The notes below the pieces were generated by a model, which saw only the letters and a list, made by a program, of their open reading frames with translations, was not told the DNA's origin and did not search any database. This document shows positions 18,133 to 25,331 of a stretch of 64,000 nucleotides of DNA, piece after piece. The stretch spans positions 4,230 through 68,229 of the forward strand of contig JAZUNQ010000013.1 in NCBI GenBank assembly GCA_045604205.1. The letters are read 5' to 3'. Each line of letters opens with the position of its first letter. The first letter of the stretch is position 1. Source of the DNA: Acutalibacteraceae bacterium (lineage in GTDB: Bacteria; Bacillota; Clostridia; Oscillospirales; Acutalibacteraceae). The position numbers and the translations under genes are program-made.

Positions 18133-20259
18133 TTGTTGAAAAATGATTTAATTAAAGGTATAATGTTTTATATACAAAGCGAGGTGAGGGACATAAACGG
18201 CCAAAAACAAGATATAGAGTTTTGGGACAGCGAGGAAGAAATTGTACCGCAGAAAAAATTTGAACTGTTTGACCTGCAGGGCAACACGGTAAATTGCAAC
18301 GATGCAAAAAATTCTCTGCCTGAAAACTCTGAGTTAATACAAAAAGCTATGGATGGCGATAAAAAGGCTTTTTCAAAGCTTTATATGCAAAGCTACCGTT
18401 ACGTGTTTTTTGTTGTGCGACAGTATATTGCCGATGATGATTCTGTTTATGACGTAATGCAAGAGACCTTTATTAAGGTATATAAAAACATAAGCCGTCT
18501 TAATTCACCCCAAGCCTATTACAGTTGGATTACCGCAATTGCAAAAAATACTGCACGTGATTTTGTGCGTATTAGCCTTGCTCAAAGCTATGTTCCCTTT
18601 GAAGAGGATTATTCCGACTTTTTAAAGGACGATGAAACCCAAAAAGACGTGTCGCTTGATATTGAAGCAGTGCTTAAAAAAATGTCTCCCGAGGAATCTG
18701 ACCTGTTATCGCTTGTCTACTATGACGGTATGCGTATTTCACAAATTGCAAAAATGCAGGGTGTGCCTGTAACCACCGTTTACAGTCGTTTTAATAAAGC
18801 AAAAAAGAATCTAAAGGCTCAGCTTAACGCACATGGAATAGACAAGACAATCTACAGCGGCAATTTTATGGCGATGATAACCGTTTCTATACGCAATATT
18901 ATAGGTACCTCTCTTTTAAGTATTGCTGTAGCACAGCAAATACTTGACAGTATTGTAAACGGAAAGGGCAAAAAAGAGCTTGCCGTTGCAAAGATTATAC
19001 GGGCACAGCAAAAAAAGATGATTTTAAAAATTGCATCTGCCATTGTTGCAATATCTATGGTTACCTCTGCTGTAACAGCGGCAACGGTCATTGATTGGAG
19101 CCGTTTTATATCAATGCCGCAAGGCAACAACACAAGCACCGTAACCGAATATTATTATCAAAACAACCAAAGCGGCGGTAGCGGGGCCGTTGGATTTATT
19201 AACAACACAGAGGATACGGTTGGGTTTGATTCATCTTTTCAAGCGTCAAACAGTAGCAGTATGACGTCAAGTGGCGGCGCTTCATCGTATACAGGTGGTT
19301 CGCTATATATGCCTATGGGTGATACCGCAGATGATGGCTATCAGGTTATAAATACCTATGGCAATAATCCCAACAACCTGATGCGTACTACGGCGAGCAC
19401 GGTTGCATCTTCAGGAAAAGTGGCAAAGCAGGGGGATTGGCTTTATTACGTGCAGAACTTCACACGGCTTGTAAAGGTAAAAACCGACGGTAGCTGCCGA
19501 CAGGAGCTTTATGAAACGTCAAGTTATACAGGTGTTAGCAGTCTTAACGTAGTAGGGGACACCATCTATTACACAAGCGGTGGCATTTGGAGTATGAACA
19601 CAGGCGGCACCAACCGACGTCAAATAAGCTCACACCCGGCATATAATCTTTTGGTCAGGGGTAATATGGGGTGGTTTATTGATATTAGTACTATATCAGA
19701 CACACCTGCTATATATGTAAATTACAAATTGTATCAGATAGATCTTATTACGGGAGAGGTTACAACAGTTGTTGAAAATGGCGACGGTTTTGGACTTAAA
19801 ACGGTAATCGGTGACTCGCTTATTTATGTAAACGGCAACTCCCTTTGTTCGTATGATATATATTCCGGAACACAAAGTGTAATAAAAAAGTTTGACTTTA
19901 ATGCCGGAATAAATAATATGTGTGTAGACGGCAGTTCGCTTTATTTGTGCGGAAACGGTCTTGATAAAAGGGTTATTAAGTTTGACCTAAATACCCTTGA
20001 AATTAAAAAAACAATAAATGGATTCAGTCACATATATAACTATTTTAACTTTGGCGGCGGTGCGTTTTTTGCTGAAAAAACATACACGGAACCAACCTTT
20101 TATACACTGCAGTGTAATGAGTATTGCCAAGGAAATCCGGATATAGCATATGAATTAGGTATATATGCCTTTGACGACGGATATGCATATTATTTTGATG
20201 ATACGTCAACTATGCTGTCTTGTTGTACGCCTGACGGCTCACAATATAAAAGCTATTAA
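18133..20259 (+). CDS. Sigma-70-family (ECF-like) sigma factor fused to a TM segment and an extracytoplasmic DUF5050-like beta-propeller
   Basis: 708-aa ORF. Sigma region 2 (DKKAFSKLYMQSYRYVFFVVRQY...AYYSWITAIAKNTARDF) and region 4 (LLSLVYYDGMRISQIAKMQGVPVTTVYSRFNKAKKNL). TM segment at about aa 296-320, an S/N/G-rich linker, then repeated GDxxYY / DGSxxxxL blades. The start is uncertain: TTG 18133, ATG 18163, or further downstream. Confidence 0.75.
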   Translation: MLKNDLIKGIMFYIQSEVRDINGQKQDIEFWDSEEEIVPQKKFELFDLQGNTVNCNDAKNSLPENSELIQKAMDGDKKAFSKLYMQSYRYVFFVVRQYIADDDSVYDVMQETFIKVYKNISRLNSPQAYYSWITAIAKNTARDFVRISLAQSYVPFEEDYSDFLKDDETQKDVSLDIEAVLKKMSPEESDLLSLVYYDGMRISQIAKMQGVPVTTVYSRFNKAKKNLKAQLNAHGIDKTIYSGNFMAMITVSIRNIIGTSLLSIAVAQQILDSIVNGKGKKELAVAKIIRAQQKKMILKIASAIVAISMVTSAVTAATVIDWSRFISMPQGNNTSTVTEYYYQNNQSGGSGAVGFINNTEDTVGFDSSFQASNSSSMTSSGGASSYTGGSLYMPMGDTADDGYQVINTYGNNPNNLMRTTASTVASSGKVAKQGDWLYYVQNFTRLVKVKTDGSCRQELYETSSYTGVSSLNVVGDTIYYTSGGIWSMNTGGTNRRQISSHPAYNLLVRGNMGWFIDISTISDTPAIYVNYKLYQIDLITGEVTTVVENGDGFGLKTVIGDSLIYVNGNSLCSYDIYSGTQSVIKKFDFNAGINNMCVDGSSLYLCGNGLDKRVIKFDLNTLEIKKTINGFSHIYNYFNFGGGAFFAEKTYTEPTFYTLQCNEYCQGNPDIAYELGIYAFDDGYAYYFDDTSTMLSCCTPDGSQYKSY
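18136..18164 (+). promoter_or_regulatory. Consensus-like SigA promoter lying inside the annotated 5' end of the sigma-fusion ORF
   Basis: TTGAAA (18136-18141), a 17-nt spacer, then TATAAT (18159-18164). If active, the true start codon lies downstream of about 18171. Confidence 0.4.
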
Positions 20260-20263
20260 AAAC

Positions 20264-20300
20264 AAAAAAAGACTTTCTTTTTAGAAAGTCTTTTTTATTT
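20264..20300 (+). terminator. Rho-independent terminator
   Basis: Stem AAAGACTTTCT-tttt-AGAAAGTCTTT followed by a T-run. Confidence 0.75.
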
Positions 20301-20479
20301 TTTTTATAATTTTTCGTAATTTTTATATCTTTTTTCGTCTTTATTAATGTAGGACAAAATAAAAGATCGACGTTAAGACAAAACACAAGGACGCACGTCA
20401 TTGACCTTTGTGTGTGGATATGTCCGACAAAAAATATTATATTATGTAGAAAGGTTGCGTATACGAGGTGAGGTTTGGA

Positions 20480-20755
20480 TTGAAGCTTAAAGCAGAAAAA
20501 GAGTATATAAACGGTATATATAAGGACATAACCGAGCTTATCGGTATGGAAAATGCCAAAACAATTTTTAAAGAATACCGTGGCCAGCAGATAACTTTTC
20601 CGGTAGAGTTTTATAGCAAGCAATACATATATAATATGATAATCGGTGAGTACAATGGCACCAACATTAAGCAATTAGCAACAAAATACGGTTATAGTGA
20701 ACGCACAATAAGACGTATTTTAAAGGATGAAACAAATAAGAAAGAAGGCTTTTAA
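20480..20755 (+). CDS. Small Mor/CD3324-like helix-turn-helix protein
   Basis: About 91 aa with the C-terminal HTH IKQLATKYGYSERTIRRIL. I prefer the TTG at 20480, 7 nt after the RBS GAGGTGAGG. Its stop lies one base before the start codon of the next gene (TAA-T-ATG). Confidence 0.6.
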   Translation: MKLKAEKEYINGIYKDITELIGMENAKTIFKEYRGQQITFPVEFYSKQYIYNMIIGEYNGTNIKQLATKYGYSERTIRRILKDETNKKEGF

Positions 20756-20756
20756 T

Positions 20757-23135
20757 ATGAAAAAATTAGTATCGGTTTTAACGATCATTGCACTATTGGT
20801 ATCGGTAGTGCCTATGGGTGCGTTTAGCATTACTGCAAGTGCGGCTACGTACGGCAACTATACCTATCTTATAGAAAACGGTGAAGCATATATAAGTAAT
20901 GTTAATCAAAACATACAAGGCGATATAATCATTCCGTCTACACTTGGCGGTTATCCCGTTACAAGTATAGGTGACTGGTCATTTGATCAGTGTGATAGAC
21001 TTGTAAGCGTAACCATACCCGACGGTGTTAAAACGATAGGGGAATATGCTTTCGGTGGCTGTGATAATCTTGTAAGTGTATCAATACCCGAAAGTGTTAC
21101 AAATATATATGATATGGCGTTTGGGTATTGTGCACGCCTTACAAGTATTGTTATACCTGATGGGGTTGGTAGCATAGGTAAATTTACATTTAAAGAGTGC
21201 ACAAGTTTGGAAACGGCGTTTATAGGTGAAAGCGTAGTAAGCTTAGGTGATTTTGCTTTTGAAAGCTGTAAAAACCTTACAACCATAGCGCTACCGGCGT
21301 CATTGCTTGACGTAGGTGACTGGGTATTTTATGATTGCTCAAAAATTACCGACGTATACTATAGCGGCTCAAGACAGTCAAGCTATAACATTGCTTTTAA
21401 AGAGAAAAACGAGTACTGCATAGATGCTACGTGGCACTACGGATACAAAAATGTTTTAAGCTATACCCTTAACAAGCAAAATTTAACCGCATCGGTTACC
21501 GATTGTCTGCTTAGTGCAACCCAGATAGAAATTCCGCAAAAAATTGCCGACAAAGGAAAGGTTTATACGGTTACAAGCATAGGGGACGAAGCCTTTAAAT
21601 ACTGTGACGACCTTAGCACTATAACAATACCCGACACCGTTACAAGCATTGGCAAGTCAGCTTTTTGCGATTGTTCAAGCCTTGGTAGTATTTCTATTCC
21701 AAAAAGTGTTACAAGCATAGGACAGGGTGCTTTTTACGGTTGTGGTGGTCTTACTGCAATAAATGTGCATATGAATAGCGACAGTTACCGTTCAGACAAT
21801 GGGGTGCTGTTTAACAGAAGTATGTCAGAAATAATATGTTACCCTGCAGGAAAAACAAGTACTAATTACGAAATTCCAAGCGGCACCGCAAATGTTGGTG
21901 AGGGTGCATTCTATAATTGCGACAGCCTTATTAACGTGACTATACCAAGCAGTGTTGACGTTATAGAAGATAGTGCTTTTTATGATTGCGACTCCCTTAC
22001 ACATATGACCATTCCCGACGGTGTTACAGACATTGGCAACAAGGCTTTCTGGGGTTGTGAGGAGCTTATTCGTGTAACCATTGCCGCCAGCGTTACAAGC
22101 ATAGGACAGGACACATTTAAGGATTGTAACGACCTTGTAATCCACGGCTATGCTGATTCATATGCAAAGACATATGCCGATCAAAACGAGATACCTTTTG
22201 TTGCAATAACCGAAGACGATGACGATCAAGGCGGTAATCAAGGTGGTAATCAAGGTGGTAACGAGGGCGGTAACGAGGACGATGATACCGACAAAGAGCA
22301 ATACGTAACTTGGGACAACGTAACCGTTAGTGAAACGGGTGTGTATGATATTATCGTAAGTTATGATAATACCGCAGATCGAAACGAAATAGCCAACATA
22401 CAAGGACCAATTGCCGTAATTTATGATAAAAACGGTAACGCTATAAAATATAACAGCGAAAAAAGAGGATATCCTTTAGTAAGTGGCGAAAATTATACTG
22501 TTGTTGCTTATAATTTTGTTATAAGATACAGTTTGTTCAGAAGAAGCTATACCATATTCCCCGATACAAGCAAAACTGCATGGTATAATGATGCCGTAAC
22601 CTACGCCGTAGGCGCTGGTATAATGAGCGGCTACAAAAACGGCAACTTTGGTACAAGTGACTCAATACAGCGACAGGATTTTCTTGTAATGCTTGCTCGT
22701 CTTGATGGAGTAGAGCTTGAAGAATATAATTATGATTGCTGGAAGTTTTCCGACGTAAGTCGCAACAGTTATTATGAAGCGGCGGTTAACTGGGGCGCTG
22801 CAAACGGCATTGTTACAGGATACCAAAACGGTAAATTTGGTGTAGGTGACAAGGTAACCCGTGAACAGCTTGTAACCTTCCTTTACCGATATGCCGATTA
22901 TAAGGGCTATGATTCAAGCTATAGCAGCAACAGACAAAACATAGTATCAAGCCGCTACAGAGACTATAAAAACGTATCGTCTTTTGCAAAATCACCTGTT
23001 CTTTGGGCGTTGGAAAAGGGTGTTATAAGCGGTAAAACAAATACAACCATTGTGCCACAAGGCAATGCACAACGTTGTGAAGTGGCAAAGATTATGTACA
23101 ACATTTATCTTAACGACGTATTTAAAAGCGAATAA
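20757..23135 (+). CDS. Secreted cell-surface protein: signal peptide, about 14 BspA-type LRRs, an acidic/GGNQ linker, three SLH domains (paralogue of 4618..6372)
   Basis: Signal peptide MKKLVSVLTIIALLVSVVPMGAFSITASA. Repeated units of the form IP..V..IG..AF..C..L. The C-terminal ~190 aa are about 80% identical to the 4618 protein. RBS GAAAGAAGG. Confidence 0.8.
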   Translation: MKKLVSVLTIIALLVSVVPMGAFSITASAATYGNYTYLIENGEAYISNVNQNIQGDIIIPSTLGGYPVTSIGDWSFDQCDRLVSVTIPDGVKTIGEYAFGGCDNLVSVSIPESVTNIYDMAFGYCARLTSIVIPDGVGSIGKFTFKECTSLETAFIGESVVSLGDFAFESCKNLTTIALPASLLDVGDWVFYDCSKITDVYYSGSRQSSYNIAFKEKNEYCIDATWHYGYKNVLSYTLNKQNLTASVTDCLLSATQIEIPQKIADKGKVYTVTSIGDEAFKYCDDLSTITIPDTVTSIGKSAFCDCSSLGSISIPKSVTSIGQGAFYGCGGLTAINVHMNSDSYRSDNGVLFNRSMSEIICYPAGKTSTNYEIPSGTANVGEGAFYNCDSLINVTIPSSVDVIEDSAFYDCDSLTHMTIPDGVTDIGNKAFWGCEELIRVTIAASVTSIGQDTFKDCNDLVIHGYADSYAKTYADQNEIPFVAITEDDDDQGGNQGGNQGGNEGGNEDDDTDKEQYVTWDNVTVSETGVYDIIVSYDNTADRNEIANIQGPIAVIYDKNGNAIKYNSEKRGYPLVSGENYTVVAYNFVIRYSLFRRSYTIFPDTSKTAWYNDAVTYAVGAGIMSGYKNGNFGTSDSIQRQDFLVMLARLDGVELEEYNYDCWKFSDVSRNSYYEAAVNWGAANGIVTGYQNGKFGVGDKVTREQLVTFLYRYADYKGYDSSYSSNRQNIVSSRYRDYKNVSSFAKSPVLWALEKGVISGKTNTTIVPQGNAQRCEVAKIMYNIYLNDVFKSE
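22227..22274 (+). repeat. Four tandem 12-bp repeats inside the CDS, encoding (Q/E)GGN x4
   Basis: The units are caaggcggtaat, caaggtggtaat, caaggtggtaac and gagggcggtaac. Confidence 0.85.
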
Positions 23136-23144
23136 TAAAAATAA

Positions 23145-23177
23145 CAAAGACCTACCGTAAAGGTAGGTCTTTGTTTG
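23145..23177 (+). terminator. Terminator hairpin after the SLH paralogue
   Basis: Stem CAAAGACCTACC-gtaaa-GGTAGGTCTTTG; the following T-run is weak. Confidence 0.6.
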
Positions 23178-23290
23178 GTGTAGCATACCGCACAGTACCC
23201 GAACTCACGTCCCGTGGTGCAAACCTTAGATTTGCACAAACTTGGACGGATTGGGTGTGGCAGCTTACCACTGAAGACTAACCCTAATTT

Positions 23291-23329
23291 TAATACAAAT
23301 GCACCCCCCTTTTGAGGTTAGGGGGTGCA
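23291..23329 (-). terminator. Terminator hairpin of the orphan gene
   Basis: Minus strand reads TGCACCCCCT-aacctcaaaa-GGGGGGTGCA followed by TTTGTATT. Confidence 0.5.
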
Positions 23330-23350
23330 TTTTAGATTAGGGGGTGCAAA

Positions 23351-23881
23351 TCACTTTTTATCCCGAATCTTCCTAAGAATCTTTTTGAGAATGGATTCTT
23401 TCGCCTGAGCAGGAGGGTAATCACAAAAACAAATACCTTCATTCAAAAACGCAGTAAATTTGCATTGATAGTCTTTTTGATCGATGTAGCCGGATTCAGC
23501 CTCATCAAAAAGATCACCCATAAAATACATAGTATGCCAAGGTTCATCGAAATAGCGTTCTGTGTAAACTGCTAATTTGTACATCAAGCTTGTGATTTCT
23601 GCCATCGGCATAGACTCTTCATAGTATTTTGTTTTTAGGAATGACATCACAAGTTCAAACACTGTTTTATCGTAGTCAATATCGGTATCTTTTATTTGCA
23701 AAAGATATTCGTTTAATATGGACAGCATTTTCTTATCATCGCTACTTGATGTTGATAATTCTAATACAATATCAGAAAGAGGGTTCTGTTCAATAAGAGC
23801 ATTGTTAATATATTTCTGTAGTTCATCATTATATCCGCACAACAACAAAAGTTTAAAGTATACTGCATACTCAAATGTCAT
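23351..23881 (-). CDS. Hypothetical protein, 176 aa, predicted all-helical and cytoplasmic (orphan)
   Basis: Clean ORF with the strong RBS GAGAGGAGG and its own promoter and terminator. I recognise no family. Confidence 0.65.
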   Translation of the reverse strand: MTFEYAVYFKLLLLCGYNDELQKYINNALIEQNPLSDIVLELSTSSSDDKKMLSILNEYLLQIKDTDIDYDKTVFELVMSFLKTKYYEESMPMAEITSLMYKLAVYTERYFDEPWHTMYFMGDLFDEAESGYIDQKDYQCKFTAFLNEGICFCDYPPAQAKESILKKILRKIRDKK

Positions 23882-23904
23882 ATAGATTCCTCCTCTCTAA
23901 AATA

Positions 23905-23933
23905 ACTATACCATAAAAGCTCTAATCTTTCAA
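23905..23933 (-). promoter_or_regulatory. SigA-type promoter of the orphan gene; its -35 lies inside the proximal AACGATT repeat
   Basis: Minus strand: TTGAAA (23933-23928), a 17-nt spacer, then TATAGT (23910-23905). Confidence 0.5.
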
Positions 23934-24016
23934 CGATTTGACTTATATTTCAACGATTACCCTACTAAATTAACGATTATAGTTATAATTTAACGATTAC
24001 CTGTATTTTAACGATT
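23931..24016. repeat. Five direct copies of TT(C/T)AACGATT phased at 20, 20, 20 and 18 bp
   Basis: Cores at 23931, 23951, 23971, 23991 and 24009. Confidence 0.85.
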
Positions 24017-24020
24017 TCAA

Positions 24021-24170
24021 ATGATATATCGCTGACGCTATATGATATACTTGCTACGCAAGCATGATATAATATCCGTTCCTTCATATGCCGCAGGCAT
24101 ATATCATCGCTCGCAGAGCGATATCATATCGAAGATATATCACCCGTTCGTGCCAAGGAACGGATATCAT
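24021..24170. repeat. Array of ATGATATA (three forward copies) and (T/G)ATATCA(T/C) (four reverse copies), interleaved with short GCA/TAC-loop hairpins
   Basis: Forward copies at 24021, 24042 and 24064; reverse copies at 24100, 24120, 24136 and 24163. Hairpins are CTTGC-tac-GCAAG, ATATGCC-gca-GGCATAT and ATCGCTC-gca-GAGCGAT. A long-range inverted repeat pairs ATCCGTTCCTT with AAGGAACGGAT. Confidence 0.8.
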
Positions 24171-24173
24171 TGA

Positions 24174-24212
24174 AAAAAGTCACCTTTGTCAGTAGACAAA
24201 AGTGACTTTTTT
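24174..24212. terminator. Bidirectional terminator hairpin downstream of tRNA-Ala
   Basis: Stem GTCACCTTTGTC-agta-GACAAAAGTGAC flanked by A6 and T6 runs. Confidence 0.7.
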
Positions 24213-24214
24213 CG

Positions 24215-24290
<76 letters not shown>

Positions 24291-24371
24291 AATTGCTACA
24301 CATATGTTATCATAACGTTGTCTAAAAATCAAGAGGGGATAATTTTTTTATCCGAAAAACATACTTTTATA

Positions 24372-24400
24372 TTGACTTTTTTGATTGTTTGGGTTATAAT
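24372..24400 (+). promoter_or_regulatory. SigA-type promoter for rpmH
   Basis: TTGACT (24372-24377), a 17-nt spacer, then TATAAT (24395-24400). Confidence 0.6.
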
Positions 24401-24479
24401 CCATATCTATAAGGGGTATTTTGCCCCACATAAATTTTGATATGTAATATTTATATCTCGGACAAGGAGGTTAGTAATA

Positions 24480-24614
24480 ATGAAAAGAACTTATCAGCCT
24501 AAGAAATTACATCGTAAAAAAGAACACGGTTTCCTTAAGAGAATGGCTACAGCCAATGGTCGTAAAGTTTTGGCTCGCCGTAGAGCAAAAGGAAGAAAGC
24601 AGTTATCTTACTAA
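24480..24614 (+). CDS. rpmH: 50S ribosomal protein L34
   Basis: 44 aa, [44 protein letters not shown], with the RBS AAGGAGG. Too short to appear in the ORF track. Confidence 0.93.
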   Translation: MKRTYQPKKLHRKKEHGFLKRMATANGRKVLARRRAKGRKQLSY

Positions 24615-24616
24615 AG

Positions 24617-24648
24617 AAAAAGCCACTTCCGGGTGGCTTTTACTTTTA
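24617..24648 (+). terminator. Hairpin after rpmH (partial terminator or processing site)
   Basis: Stem AAGCCAC-ttccgg-GTGGCTT followed by TTTACTTTT. Confidence 0.5.
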
Positions 24649-24742
24649 TAAGTATTGTTGGAAGTGGAAATTTTTATATTTCCACGTTCGATAGTCGTTA
24701 TAAGTATTATTATGCAAAACCAGTGTGTAGTCAGGTGATGTT

Positions 24743-25081
24743 ATGAGAGCCTACACAAAACTAAAACAGAATTGGGAATTTCATCGTGCCTATAAGCGAG
24801 GGGTTGCTTTTGTTGCGCCCGAATATGTGCTTTACGTTGTTAAAGGCAAAAAAGACGAATTGCGCCTTGGTATCACCGCAGGCAAAAAAATTGGTACTGC
24901 AGTCAACCGCAACCGTGCAAAGCGTGTTATAACAGCGGCTTTTGATGAGTGCGCACCGCACATTCCCACAGGGCATGACTTTGTTGTGGTTGCCCGCACA
25001 CGAATACTTAACACAAAGAGTAATATTGTTGCCGCTAATATGGCGAGACAACTAAAAAAACAAAAACTATGGGTAGAATAA
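24743..25081 (+). CDS. rnpA: Ribonuclease P protein component
   Basis: 112 aa with the RnpA motif [20 protein letters not shown]. Sits in the rpmH-rnpA-yidD-yidC context. Confidence 0.9.
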   Translation: MRAYTKLKQNWEFHRAYKRGVAFVAPEYVLYVVKGKKDELRLGITAGKKIGTAVNRNRAKRVITAAFDECAPHIPTGHDFVVVARTRILNTKSNIVAANMARQLKKQKLWVE

Positions 25082-25317
25082 AAAATCCCATAAGCCGATT
25101 ACTTTTATGGCTTATAAATTTTTACAAAAAACACATTTCACCTCATAAAATACCTTGTTGCCGTTTTACACCGAGCTGTTCATCCTATGCGATAGAGGCT
25201 ATTACCATTCACGGCGCATTTAAAGGTTTGTTGTTATCTGTTTACAGGGTTTTGAGGTGTAATCCACTGTGCAAGGGCGGATATGATCCTGTGCCGCCAA
25301 AAAAACATAAAAATTAG
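25069..25317 (+). CDS. yidD: Membrane protein insertion efficiency factor YidD
   Basis: 82 aa with [15 protein letters not shown]...[14 protein letters not shown]. Confidence 0.9.
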   Translation: MGRIKNPISRLLLWLINFYKKHISPHKIPCCRFTPSCSSYAIEAITIHGAFKGLLLSVYRVLRCNPLCKGGYDPVPPKKHKN

Positions 25318-25331
25318 GAAGGTTATTAAGT

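Noticed and set aside
20413-20421. A DnaA-box-like 9-mer, TGTGGATAT, upstream of the Mor-like gene.
   Set aside because: It is a single 8/9 match with no cluster and no AT-rich unwinding element, which is expected by chance.
20210-20674. A 154-aa minus-strand ORF between the sigma-fusion gene and the Mor-like gene.
   Set aside because: The peptide is low-complexity and rich in F/L/K/Y. It overlaps the 3' end of the sigma gene, its terminator and the 5' end of the Mor-like gene, and it has no RBS.
23931-24170. Possible CRISPR array.
   Set aside because: The repeat cores are only 7-10 bp with a ~20-bp period, so there are no 25-40-bp repeats or spacers, and no cas genes are nearby.
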